A DNA stretch of 47,160 nucleotides from Steroidobacteraceae bacterium (GCA_035500015.1 DATJXQ010000080.1:1-47160), one strand, 5' to 3'; shown: positions 18,791 through 27,986, numbered from the stretch's first letter. Numbers and translations are program-made. Notes: a model not told the origin generated them from the sequence alone.

Positions 18791-19939
18791 TTATTCGCCG
18801 TCGTCCGGAATCAGGTGCCCGGCGCGCTCGCGCTTGGTGCGGATGTAGCGCGCATTGTGTTCGTTCGGCGCCGCCAGCAGCGATTCGATCTCGGCCACGT
18901 CGATGCCGCGCGCGCGCAACGCGCGAACCTTGTAGGGATTGTTGGTCAGCAGCCGGATGCGCGTGAAGCCCAGTGATTGCAGCATCGCGGCGGCGATGGC
19001 GTAGCTGCGCTCGTCGGCGCTGAAGCCCAGGTGCCGATCGGCATCCACGGTGTCCAGACCCTCGTCCTGCAGTTGGTAGGCGCGCAGCTTGTTGGCCAGC
19101 CCGATGCCGCGGCCCTCCTGCGCGAGATACAGCAGCACGCCGCCGCCCTCAGCGTGCAGGCGTTGCACCGCGGTCTGCAGTTGCTCGCCGCAGTCGCAGC
19201 GCAGGCTGCCGAGCAGGTCGCCGGTGAAGCAGGAGGAATGCGCGCGCACCGGCACGATGGTGGCCGGATCTGGATGGCCGACGATCACCGCCACGTGCTC
19301 GCTGGCATCGCGCCGGTCGCGGAACAGCACCACGCGGCTGGCCTCTTCCGCGCGCAGCGGCACGCGCGCCTCGCTGACGCGCACCAGGTCCTCGCCGCCG
19401 GGATGCGCGTAGCGCTGCACCTGGTCCACGCGCACCGCCAGCACGCCGGCCGGCGCGGCATCGGTGGCTGCGCCGGTGACCAGCAGCGCCGGCAGCAGCT
19501 GCGCGCTCTTGGCCAGCTGCACCGCGGCGGCGGCCAGTGGATCGGCGCAGCTGGCATGCGGCACGCTGCCACCCAGCACCGTGCGCCAGGCATCGGCCTC
19601 CCAGTGGCGGCCGAGATCCAGCAGCTGCGCGGCCGTGAGCTCCGCGGGCAGGTTCAGCAGCAGCAGCTCGTCGGATTCGCAGGGCACGCGCAGCTGCGCC
19701 GCGCGCTCGCCGGTAACCACCAGCGCCGCGCCGGACTGCGCGAGCATGTAGGCAAGCAGCGGCTCCTCGGCCGTTTCCAGCGGTGCGACCAGGCGCCACA
19801 TGCGCCCCGTGGCTTCCTGCACGACGATGCCGCGGCCACGACGCAGCTCGGCCAGCGCGCGGTCGACGGCGATCAGCGCCGGATCACCCTGGGGTGGATC
19901 CGGCGCACGGGGAATGGCTTGCAGGCGGGAACCCGACAT
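18791..19939 (-). CDS. ribA: GTP cyclohydrolase II (long form with about 170-aa N-terminal non-catalytic domain)
   Basis: 382 aa. C-terminal half has VRAHSSCFTGDLLGSLRCDCGEQL, LYLAQEGRGIGLANKLRAYQLQDEGLDTVDA and RIRLLTNNP. The N-terminal half lacks DHBP-synthase catalytic motifs. Confidence 0.9.
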   Translation of the reverse strand: MSGSRLQAIPRAPDPPQGDPALIAVDRALAELRRGRGIVVQEATGRMWRLVAPLETAEEPLLAYMLAQSGAALVVTGERAAQLRVPCESDELLLLNLPAELTAAQLLDLGRHWEADAWRTVLGGSVPHASCADPLAAAAVQLAKSAQLLPALLVTGAATDAAPAGVLAVRVDQVQRYAHPGGEDLVRVSEARVPLRAEEASRVVLFRDRRDASEHVAVIVGHPDPATIVPVRAHSSCFTGDLLGSLRCDCGEQLQTAVQRLHAEGGGVLLYLAQEGRGIGLANKLRAYQLQDEGLDTVDADRHLGFSADERSYAIAAAMLQSLGFTRIRLLTNNPYKVRALRARGIDVAEIESLLAAPNEHNARYIRTKRERAGHLIPDDGE

Positions 19940-19970
19940 GGGGCAAGCCTACTACATCGCGGCGGCGGGA

Positions 19971-20828
19971 TTACGAGGCGCGCGGCACGGGCTGGCCCGC
20001 CAGCTGATCGAAGCCCGTGGCGGCGCGGTCGGCGCCGAAGCGGAAGCTCGACACCGCCAGGCTCCCCATGAACTGCTCGCCATAGATGGCCGTGGCCGGA
20101 TCATCCCCGGCCGCGCCGGCCGCCACCATCAGCGGGATCAGGTGATCCTCGCGCGGATGCGCCAGCCGCGCCGCCGGCGCCTGCTGCCAGGCCAGCAGCG
20201 CGGCGCGACGCTGCTCCGGCGTGGTGCCCAGCAATGCGCCGCGCAGCCACGCATCGAATGCCGCAGCCGGCGCTGCGCCGGCCGGACTCCACAAGCGCAG
20301 GTTGTGGTAGCTCTGGCCGCTGCCGATGATGAGCACGCCTTCTTCGCGCAGCGGCGCGAGCGCGCGGCCGGCTTCGAAGTGCTCGGCCGGATAGAGGTTG
20401 CTCTTCAAGGAGAGCTGCACCACCGGCATGTCGGCATCCGGATAGACAGGCTGCATCATGCTGAAGGTACCGTGATCAAAACCTCGCGCCGCGTCTTCGT
20501 GCGCCGGCCAGCCGCCGGCTGCCAGCAGCTCGCGCACCCGCGCCGCCACCTGCGGTGAACCCGGTGCGGCGTAGCGGATGTGGTAGGTCTCGGGCGGAAA
20601 GCCGTAGTAGTCGTACACCATGCCCGGCTGCGGTGCGGAGGAGACCGTAAATTCATCTTCTTCCCAATGGCCGGAGACCACCAGCACCGCACGCGGCACG
20701 GCCGGCAGCTGGCGCGGAATGTCGCGCAGCGCGCGCTCCATCAAGGCGAAGTGCGCGCGCATCGGGCCGTGCATGTACGGCCATGGGCCGCCGCCATGCG
20801 AGAGAAAATACGTCGGCTGCCGGATCAT
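19971..20828 (-). CDS. ygiD: class III extradiol dioxygenase (LigB family; 4,5-DOPA-dioxygenase/YgiD-like)
   Basis: MIRQPTYFLSHGGGPW..., VVSGHWEE, YDYYGFP, GFDHGTF, IIGSGQSYHNL, HPREDHLIPLMVAAGAAG. ATG at 20826-20828 is preferred; the track start at 20837 is a TTG. Confidence 0.85.
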   Translation of the reverse strand: MIRQPTYFLSHGGGPWPYMHGPMRAHFALMERALRDIPRQLPAVPRAVLVVSGHWEEDEFTVSSAPQPGMVYDYYGFPPETYHIRYAAPGSPQVAARVRELLAAGGWPAHEDAARGFDHGTFSMMQPVYPDADMPVVQLSLKSNLYPAEHFEAGRALAPLREEGVLIIGSGQSYHNLRLWSPAGAAPAAAFDAWLRGALLGTTPEQRRAALLAWQQAPAARLAHPREDHLIPLMVAAGAAGDDPATAIYGEQFMGSLAVSSFRFGADRAATGFDQLAGQPVPRAS

Positions 20829-20839
20829 GGTCGGCAATG

Positions 20840-21745
20840 CTAGCGCGGCAGCAGCCAGATGCGGTCATTCCTCATGTCGAAGATCACGTGATGCCTGGCA
20901 AGGATGTTCATCCCCACCAGGTTTCCGCAGCTCTTGTCGCCCAGGCGTTCGCCTGAAGCCAGGCTGACCGCCGGCACATCGCGGAAGATCCATCCCCCAA
21001 TGATGACTTCGTCCAGTGGAAACAAGGCTGGCGAATCATGTCTTGTCCCATCGGCGCGCGTATATGAGTGTCTGACATTTGGATTGCTCGGCAAGGCGAG
21101 CCGAGCAACCAGGTCGGAGTTGAGCGCCAGCCCAAAGCCATAGCCAGTGTCGATGATGGCGCAGCTCTCCGGATCCCGGCCGTTCACCTTGAATTTTACA
21201 GTGGGTCTGGAGTAGCTCAGCTTTACCGGCATGGGAGTATCGGCTGGCGGCTTGAACGTCTCGGGACGAATGAGTGTCAGGCGGCCTGCGCCGAAATCCA
21301 TATCCACGACGGCCTTGGAGAACAATTCTTCACCAAGCACGAGACCCGCGCCTGGCATTCCCCTGGAGACGAGAACGATGGATAGTGTCATGGACGCGGC
21401 GCCCACTTGAACCGATACGTTCTCGGCCAGCGCGGTGGCCTCCTTGTCCTTCGGCGAATCGAATTTGATTCCGGCCGCAGTAGCAGTAGCCTGGCTCATC
21501 GCGGGTGCCGGCGAGCCCGTGTCCAGATAGGCCAATTCATCCTTGCCATGGATCCTCACCGGAATGCCCGCATGCCCGTTGTCATCGAAAACAAGCGGAA
21601 GCTCAATGCGATCCTGCCCCTGCCAATCCAGCTCAGTGGTGGCTCTTATCATCCAGAGAGCCGACAATATGCAGCCCTGTGTGGGAAGAATGCCGATAAG
21701 CATCAGCACCAGTCCACGCGGGCGAAACGGAAGTCGCAATGACAC
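20840..21745 (-). CDS. membrane-anchored aspartic protease with two retropepsin-like lobes
   Basis: 301 aa, GTG start (alternative starts downstream). N-terminal hydrophobic anchor. Two catalytic-type motifs, YLDTGSPAP and AIIDTGYGFGLAL. Lower GC than neighbours (sampled lines about 50-58%). Confidence 0.7.
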   Translation of the reverse strand: MSLRLPFRPRGLVLMLIGILPTQGCILSALWMIRATTELDWQGQDRIELPLVFDDNGHAGIPVRIHGKDELAYLDTGSPAPAMSQATATAAGIKFDSPKDKEATALAENVSVQVGAASMTLSIVLVSRGMPGAGLVLGEELFSKAVVDMDFGAGRLTLIRPETFKPPADTPMPVKLSYSRPTVKFKVNGRDPESCAIIDTGYGFGLALNSDLVARLALPSNPNVRHSYTRADGTRHDSPALFPLDEVIIGGWIFRDVPAVSLASGERLGDKSCGNLVGMNILARHHVIFDMRNDRIWLLPR

Positions 21746-21886
21746 GCAAAGCCCTTATTACGGAGCCGGGAATCAGTTGGAGAGACCATGCTACACCGGC
21801 GTCGTGCGGCGGTTGCCGCTACATGGCAGGGACTTTGCGAGTCAGCCGCTGAACCCGTACTGAACTCGCGGCGCCGCGGATCCCGC

Positions 21887-22771
21887 TCAGCCGCGACCCG
21901 CCGCCACGAAACGCCGCTGCCGCATCCACTTGGTGACCACCCACTTCTCGCCCTCGGTCACCGGCGCGCTGGCATGCAGCGAACGCGGATCGACGCGGCC
22001 CGCCTCGTCACAGTACTCAAAATAAACGGCATTGCCGCGCAGCGGCGAGGTCGCCCAGCCCAGCGCGGGAAACACCGTCTGGCCGCCGTCCGGCACGTCG
22101 TTGAGATAGGTGACCAGCGTGCTGACGCGCTGGCCGCTGCGCGCCATCGACTCGCGGCTGGCCGCGTTGACCGGCTGCAGGTAATCGAAGTGCGGCTCGC
22201 TGCCGCCGCCGGTCGGGTAGTGCAGCACCTGCAGGCCCTCGCCATTCTCCACCGGCAGGCTCATCAGCGCCGACAGGCGGCGGTCGAGGCCGGCGATGAA
22301 GGCATTCTCGGCAGGCCGGAAGAACATGCCGTAACTGGATCGATAGCTGGCGACCACATCCTTGCCGGTGGCCGGATCGAGCACGGTCGAAGGCTGCAAC
22401 CGCGGCCGCGCCAGCTCGATCAGCGTCTCGCATTCTTCCGCATCCAGCACATTGCCCAGCGAGGCGAAGACCGGGTCGTCCGTGCGCGCGTGCACGATCA
22501 CTTCCCGGTCCAGCGCGTGGATGCGCGTTCCCGGTGGCAGCCGCGCCGCCGGTTTCGCCGGTGCTTCATCCGGCAATTCGACGTGGTCGGCGGGTACCGG
22601 CATGCCGCGCCGGCGCGCATCCACGAAGGATTCCATGATGGCCCGCGCGGTGCGCTCATTCATGCCCTGCCCGCGCATCGTGGCGAGCAGCGCCTGCGGC
22701 GCCTGGCCGCTGTCCAGGTTGCTGGTCAGCCAGCGGCCGAGGTCGGGCGAGAAGCGGATCAGCACCGCCAT
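21887..22771 (-). CDS. prolyl 4-hydroxylase-type 2OG-Fe(II) oxygenase (no signal peptide)
   Basis: 294 aa. P4Hc pattern: LQVLHYPTGGGSEPHFDY (HxD), VSTLVTYLND, GGQTVFP, SLHASAPVTEGEKWVVTKWMR (distal His and 2OG-binding Lys). Preceded by an about 70-aa helical N-terminal domain. Confidence 0.85.
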   Translation of the reverse strand: MAVLIRFSPDLGRWLTSNLDSGQAPQALLATMRGQGMNERTARAIMESFVDARRRGMPVPADHVELPDEAPAKPAARLPPGTRIHALDREVIVHARTDDPVFASLGNVLDAEECETLIELARPRLQPSTVLDPATGKDVVASYRSSYGMFFRPAENAFIAGLDRRLSALMSLPVENGEGLQVLHYPTGGGSEPHFDYLQPVNAASRESMARSGQRVSTLVTYLNDVPDGGQTVFPALGWATSPLRGNAVYFEYCDEAGRVDPRSLHASAPVTEGEKWVVTKWMRQRRFVAAGRG

Positions 22772-22773
22772 GG

Positions 22774-23406
22774 CTACACCGGACCATCCACGGCGATCCA
22801 GCCCTTATTGCTCACCGTGAAGCCCTGCCGCAACTGCATCTGGCCCGCGCCATTGACCACGCGCGCCACCATCGGGAACACCCGCTGCGCATCGGCATCG
22901 CGGGTCCACGGCGCCGGATCGATCCGGTAGGTGTAGTTGACCACCGCGACCGGGTGCTGCGGATCGTGCGCGTCGATCTGCCAGTCGACGATGCGCTCGC
23001 GCCGCAGGTGTGCCACGCAGAAATCGTTGGGGTGCGGGGCCTCGTTGCGCGCGGCATGGGCATGCGGAATGTAGAACCTGCGGCCCGCCTCCGTCAGCTC
23101 GTAGCGCTTCAGCGCGCCGTCCGGATTCTCGCTGCTCTTCGCCACCGGCACGAAGGTGCTGCGCACCAGGCCCAGCTTCTCCAGCACCGGCAGCTGCACC
23201 GCATGACGCGAACCGGCGCCGGCTTCGGCCTCCGTGAGATCGATCGGCCAGTCGAACATGCCGAGGCACAGGTCGCCGCGCCGGACGAGGAAATCATCGA
23301 GCGCGGCCTCGAAGTTCGCGCGTGTCGGCGCCTTCACGTCGTGCCCGCTACCACACGCCGCAGCAACGCAGGCCCCCACCGCAACCAGCAACACCTTTGT
23401 ATTCAT
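22774..23406 (-). CDS. uncharacterised lipoprotein, paralog 1 of a tandem pair
   Basis: ATG (complement of 23404-23406). Lipobox VAAAC. Shares a motif skeleton with the next gene: RANFxAALxDFLxxRGxxCL, DWP, PVLEKLGL, YxLTxxGRxxY, DFCVAxL, MQLRxG, GW. Confidence 0.75.
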   Translation of the reverse strand: MNTKVLLVAVGACVAAACGSGHDVKAPTRANFEAALDDFLVRRGDLCLGMFDWPIDLTEAEAGAGSRHAVQLPVLEKLGLVRSTFVPVAKSSENPDGALKRYELTEAGRRFYIPHAHAARNEAPHPNDFCVAHLRRERIVDWQIDAHDPQHPVAVVNYTYRIDPAPWTRDADAQRVFPMVARVVNGAGQMQLRQGFTVSNKGWIAVDGPV

Positions 23407-23416
23407 GTCAGTGCAA

Positions 23417-24061
23417 CTACCTCTCGTCCAGCTCGTCAGCCACCCAGCCATGCTTCGCCAGATGCACGCCCACGCGCAGCTGCATCGTGCCCTCGCCTTC
23501 GAGCGCGCGCGCCAGCGCCGGGAAGGCATGCAGCACCGCGGGAGTTTTCGCCCACGCCACCGGCGTGATGCGGTAAGTGAACAGCAGCGAGGTTGTGTTG
23601 CGGCCGTCGCGCGGTTGCGGCGGATCCCAGCCGACGAGGCGATCCAGCTGCAGCGTCGCCACGCAGAAATCGCCCGGGTGCGTGACCTTCTGCGCCGCCG
23701 TGCGGATCACGACGGGCACGTGCAGGTAGTACTTGCGTCCTTCCGCGGTCAGCGAGTATTCGCGTGCCGCGACCGTCACGGCGATGGCGCCGGCGCCCTT
23801 GCGGACGATTTGGGTGTCGCGCCCGGCGGCAAGGCCGAGCTTCTCGAGCACGGGCATCTGCCGCGCGTCCGGGTCGCGCGCGTCGCCCGCCACGGTGACC
23901 GGCCAGTCATACCTGGCGAGGCATACGTGGCCGCGCTGCGCGAGAAAATCCTGCAGCGCCGCCGTGAAATTCGCGCGGTTCGCCAGCCGCACCTGCCCGC
24001 CTTCGCAGCCGGTGAACGTGCCCGCGAGCAACAGCAGGGCGGCGATGGAGGATCGTCGCAT
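23417..24061 (-). CDS. uncharacterised lipoprotein, paralog 2 of a tandem pair
   Basis: ATG (complement of 24059-24061), 2 nt after the CCP stop (the track start at 24067 is TTG). Lipobox FTGC. Same motif skeleton as 22774..23406. Confidence 0.75.
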   Translation of the reverse strand: MRRSSIAALLLLAGTFTGCEGGQVRLANRANFTAALQDFLAQRGHVCLARYDWPVTVAGDARDPDARQMPVLEKLGLAAGRDTQIVRKGAGAIAVTVAAREYSLTAEGRKYYLHVPVVIRTAAQKVTHPGDFCVATLQLDRLVGWDPPQPRDGRNTTSLLFTYRITPVAWAKTPAVLHAFPALARALEGEGTMQLRVGVHLAKHGWVADELDER

Positions 24062-24063
24062 CG

Positions 24064-25464
24064 TCAATCCACGCAGGTGCCGCCCGCCGGCGGCGTATCG
24101 GGCACCTGGTAGCCATCGCTCAGTGTGTCGAGGAAGCAGATCAGGTCGCCGATCTGCTGCTCGGTCATGGCCGGCATCGAGCCGGCGGCGCGTGGCGCGG
24201 TGCCGCCGCCGAGCGTGTTGTCGCCGCCGTCGCCGGTGCCAAGCGGCACTTCTTCATCCACGCTGCCCTGCTCCCCGGCCGGCAGGTCGTTGAACTTCGC
24301 CACCGTCGCGCCCGGAACGTAGGCCGGCTGCAGCGCCCAGCCCGGATTCTCCAGCGGCGCGCCGGCGCCACCGCTGGCCGGATACCAGTACTCCGGATTG
24401 GTGTCGCGCGTGTTGTAGAAGTGCAGGACCTGGCTCAGCGAATGGAACACGCCATTGTGGAAGAACGCGCCGCGCGTGGCGACATTGCGCAGCACCGGCA
24501 CCTTGAACTGGCCGCAGTATGGATCCGGCGTGCCGAGCTGTGCCGGCGTGTGGTCGGTGCGCTGCGGACCGCACAGGCCCATGTCGTAGTACGCCGGATC
24601 GTCGTTGGCCGGAATGGGATCGGGGTTGCCCGGAATGGAACGGTCGTTGCGCGGCGCGCCGAGGGCCTGGTACGTGAAGTCCGTCATCAGGCCCTGGTTG
24701 CCGGCGAAGTTGACGCCGGTGTAGTGGCAGGCCGAGCAGTTGCCGGTGGCGCTGCTGTGGAACACCAGCTGGCCACGCAGTTCCGCCGCCGTCAGCGTGC
24801 CGCCGATCTTGTTGTAGATGTACAGGTCGTACTTGCTGCTGTAGGGATGGAAGCTGAGGTCCTCGTTCTCGAAGGCCTGGATCGCCAGGCCGATGTCGTC
24901 GAAGGCGGTGTCCGTGTCGTCGAGCGCGCCGGTGCCGAAGGCCTGCAGGAACAGATCGGCGTACTTGCCGTTGCGCACGGCCTGCACCACGTCCGCCTTC
25001 GAGGCATTGTTCATCTCGACCGGATTGAGCAGCGGCAGCGCCACCTGCGCCGCCATGGTCGGCGCGCGACCATCCCACATGAACCCGCCGCCGGGAGAAG
25101 CCAGCGTCACGCCGTCGGGATTGGCGGCGTTGTCGTCGTAGGGCGGAGTCGATTCGCGGTAGCGCAGCGAGGGCACGGCACGCATGCCGGCCTGCGCGGG
25201 ATCGGAACCGAGTTGCACTGCCAGGCTGTTGGGCGGTCCGTAGGCGTATTGCGGATCGTGGCAACTCGAACAGGACATGTTCCTGCCACCCGACAGGTTC
25301 CTGTCGAAGAATGCCTTCTGTCCAACCTGTGCCTTGAGGCTCAGCGTCGGCGCGGTACTGCCGGCGGTGCCGGCGCCCGCGCTGTCAGCGGCCGTACCGC
25401 TGTCGCAGGCCGCCAGTGCCAGCAGCAGCACGGCGAACACGCCCATCGGGAACTGCCTGGCCAT
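24064..25464 (-). CDS. di-haem cytochrome c peroxidase / MauG-family lipoprotein
   Basis: 466 aa. Lipobox LALAAC. Two haem c motifs (CSSCH, CSACH). FKVPVLRNVATRGAFFHNGVFHSLSQVLHFY and C-terminal LICFLDTL are typical of the CCP_MauG family. Confidence 0.9.
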   Translation of the reverse strand: MARQFPMGVFAVLLLALAACDSGTAADSAGAGTAGSTAPTLSLKAQVGQKAFFDRNLSGGRNMSCSSCHDPQYAYGPPNSLAVQLGSDPAQAGMRAVPSLRYRESTPPYDDNAANPDGVTLASPGGGFMWDGRAPTMAAQVALPLLNPVEMNNASKADVVQAVRNGKYADLFLQAFGTGALDDTDTAFDDIGLAIQAFENEDLSFHPYSSKYDLYIYNKIGGTLTAAELRGQLVFHSSATGNCSACHYTGVNFAGNQGLMTDFTYQALGAPRNDRSIPGNPDPIPANDDPAYYDMGLCGPQRTDHTPAQLGTPDPYCGQFKVPVLRNVATRGAFFHNGVFHSLSQVLHFYNTRDTNPEYWYPASGGAGAPLENPGWALQPAYVPGATVAKFNDLPAGEQGSVDEEVPLGTGDGGDNTLGGGTAPRAAGSMPAMTEQQIGDLICFLDTLSDGYQVPDTPPAGGTCVD

Positions 25465-25484
25465 CGCGCAACCCTGAAAGACGC

Positions 25485-25517
25485 GGCGCGCGGGTGGTGA
25501 ACCACCATCCGCGCGCC
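25485..25517 (-). terminator. long GC hairpin downstream of the phosphoesterase gene
   Basis: GGCGCGCGGGTGGT-gaa-CCACCATCCGCGCGCC (one bulge), located between the phosphoesterase stop (25536) and the CCP start (25464). No U-tract. Confidence 0.45.
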
Positions 25518-25535
25518 TGACGCGACGCCTTCCGA

Positions 25536-27986
25536 TTACTTCACCGCCCAGACATTGTCCTGGCTGGCATCGGGGCCGACCTGCGGCGTGATGACACCCT
25601 CCAGCGTGCCCGTCAGCGTGTCCTGCACGCCGACGATGTCACCCGGATACAGCTTCTGGTGGTAGGTGGACGGGATCACGTAGGCGTGGTTGATCGGACG
25701 CACCGAGTCGAAGTGCGTATCCGCGCTGCTCGCGAACTCCGGCAGCGCCAGGATGTTGGCTGCGATGAACGCCTCGGTGTACTTCGCGCGGTTCAGATAC
25801 GAGGCGTCGACGGCCGGGTCGGCGAGCTGGAACATGTCCTGCAGCGTGCGCACCAGCGAGAAGTGGCTGTAGGCATCGCTGTCCTTGATGCCCTTCTTCG
25901 CCGTGCCGAGGTCCTGCTGGTTGGTGATGATGCCGAAGATCGAGTTGCCGTGACCGAAGTTGCCCTGCGCGTAGTTGGTCGGCGCGGTGCCGGCCGTGGC
26001 CACGCCATGCGCATCCACCGTCACCGGTTTGGTGCCGGAGTTCGTGCCGCCGGCATTCCAGCCGCAGCAGGAGCCGTTGCTGCCGCCTTCACCCTCGTCG
26101 AACATCACGACGATGGCAACGCGCTTCTGCTTGTTCTTCCACAGCGCCGAGGCCTTGATCTTGTCGATGACCTTGCTGAGGTAGATGTCGGCGCGGGTGA
26201 CGCCGACGTTCTGGCCGTTGTTGCTGCTGGAACCGCCGAGGGCGCAGGATTCACCATCCGTCCCGGCCGTGCCGACGCCGTGCATGTCGTCGCACTGGTC
26301 GGGCACGACGAAGTTGATGTTGCCCACGTCTCCCATGGCAAGGTCGGTGCCGAACTGGTCATAGATCCACTTCGACGCATCGAAGGAGGGATACGCCGTC
26401 TGCCTCTTCCAGTCCGCTTCCGTGTACTGCATGCCGAAGATGGTGCGGTTGTCCGCATAGAACTCCGGCAGGTTGCGCGCGGTCTGGAAATCGATCGACG
26501 GACCGTGCTTGACGCGGTAGAGCTGCGCTCTCACCGGCCACGCCTGGGTATCGGACAAGGTGATGCCCTCGCTGCTGGTGGCGCTGAACTTGTCGGAAAC
26601 CGCCGGGTCGGCAATGCTGTCGGCGCGCGGATCCTGCCCCGGGTTCATCGACTCGCTGTAGGTGCGGATCGTCATGCCCGCCCTGGAGACCAGCGTGAAC
26701 AGGTTGTCGCCCGGAATATTGTGGACATTGCCGCCCGTCGGCGCATCGCCGCAGGTGGCGCTGGCCGCGCTGTAGCCGGCACGGTGCCCGCTGTCGGCCG
26801 GCGGCAATGCGGCGAACGCGGGTAGCGGCTGGCCGTCCGAGGCCGTGCCGCCCGCGAAGGCGACGTCCTGCAGTGCATAAGGGCCGCTCGGCACGACACC
26901 GCAACCGTACCAGTTGTCGTCGGTGACGCCGAAATCGTCGCCGCCGCCGATCGCACTGTAGTTCGGTTCGGACGGATTGCCGGTCGAATAGTACGTCGTC
27001 AGCGAGCCGTAGGTGTTGAGGATGCCGTTGATGGTGGGCGCACGCAGGTTGCCGACGATCACGTCCGTCGACTTGTTCTCTTCCATGATGATGAAGATGC
27101 TGTCGAAGGCCGGCACGCCCTCGACATTGAACGCCGCCTGCTGCGACTGCGCGAAAGTGATCGGCGCCTGTGTCTCCAGCGGCGTGACGATGGTCGCGGC
27201 GGTGACGCCGGACTTGCCGACCAGGCGCGGATCGCCACCCTTGACGGCGAGATTATCCGGGTAGAGATCGTGGCGATCGAGCTTGGTCGTGGCGTAGGTG
27301 TAGCGATTGGTCAGCGCGTTGTCCGCATACAGCACCGCGTACTGTTCCGAGCCCGTCAGCGTGTTGACGTCCGCCAGCGCATCCGCGCCGCTGACCGTGA
27401 CGGTGCCGAGATTGAAGGCGGGACCGGACAGATACGTGGCGAGATTGGCCTTCTCGGTGGCGTAGTCGGTGCCGTTGGCCTCGACACGGCGCTGCACTTC
27501 GCTCGAGGTCGGGCTGATGACCACACCCGCTGTCTGGTCGGCGAACTGCGCCGCCGAAGCCCGCAGGATCAGGTGGCTGGGGACGGTCGCGGCGGTGGCG
27601 GTGTTGGTGGCCGAAGTGCCGATGTCGGCGACCAGCTGCGCCGGAGAGGCCAGCGTGAAATCGCTCGCCACGGTCAGCGAGAACTTGCCGTTGGCATCGG
27701 TGGTGCCCGAGACCTCGGTGGAATCCAGAATGCCATTGCCGTTGGCGTCGATGAACACGGTGGCGCCGGAGTAGTAGCCCGCCTTCAGCGTCGGATCGCC
27801 CGTGGTACTGCCCGCCACGAAGCCGGAAGCCGCAACCACGCCCGCAAGGGTCTTCGTCGTGGGCGCCGGCGGGCTGTCGTCACTGCTGTTGCAGGCGACC
27901 AGCGTGGAGATGGCCGCGATGCATGCCGCTTCGGCGGTGACTCGCGAGGACTTGCGGAGAATTTCCGCGACGGCTGCTTGGATCAT
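25536..27986 (-). CDS. large lipoprotein with C-terminal phosphoesterase (phospholipase C / acid phosphatase, PF04185-like) domain
   Basis: ATG (complement of 27984-27986) after AAGGAAAC. Lipobox TLVAC. About 300-aa N-terminal region including IDANGNGILD. Catalytic part starts FDSIFIIMEENKSTD... The upstream 220 codons of ORF 25536..28646 overlap the permease gene and are rejected. Confidence 0.8.
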   Translation of the reverse strand: MIQAAVAEILRKSSRVTAEAACIAAISTLVACNSSDDSPPAPTTKTLAGVVAASGFVAGSTTGDPTLKAGYYSGATVFIDANGNGILDSTEVSGTTDANGKFSLTVASDFTLASPAQLVADIGTSATNTATAATVPSHLILRASAAQFADQTAGVVISPTSSEVQRRVEANGTDYATEKANLATYLSGPAFNLGTVTVSGADALADVNTLTGSEQYAVLYADNALTNRYTYATTKLDRHDLYPDNLAVKGGDPRLVGKSGVTAATIVTPLETQAPITFAQSQQAAFNVEGVPAFDSIFIIMEENKSTDVIVGNLRAPTINGILNTYGSLTTYYSTGNPSEPNYSAIGGGDDFGVTDDNWYGCGVVPSGPYALQDVAFAGGTASDGQPLPAFAALPPADSGHRAGYSAASATCGDAPTGGNVHNIPGDNLFTLVSRAGMTIRTYSESMNPGQDPRADSIADPAVSDKFSATSSEGITLSDTQAWPVRAQLYRVKHGPSIDFQTARNLPEFYADNRTIFGMQYTEADWKRQTAYPSFDASKWIYDQFGTDLAMGDVGNINFVVPDQCDDMHGVGTAGTDGESCALGGSSSNNGQNVGVTRADIYLSKVIDKIKASALWKNKQKRVAIVVMFDEGEGGSNGSCCGWNAGGTNSGTKPVTVDAHGVATAGTAPTNYAQGNFGHGNSIFGIITNQQDLGTAKKGIKDSDAYSHFSLVRTLQDMFQLADPAVDASYLNRAKYTEAFIAANILALPEFASSADTHFDSVRPINHAYVIPSTYHQKLYPGDIVGVQDTLTGTLEGVITPQVGPDASQDNVWAVK

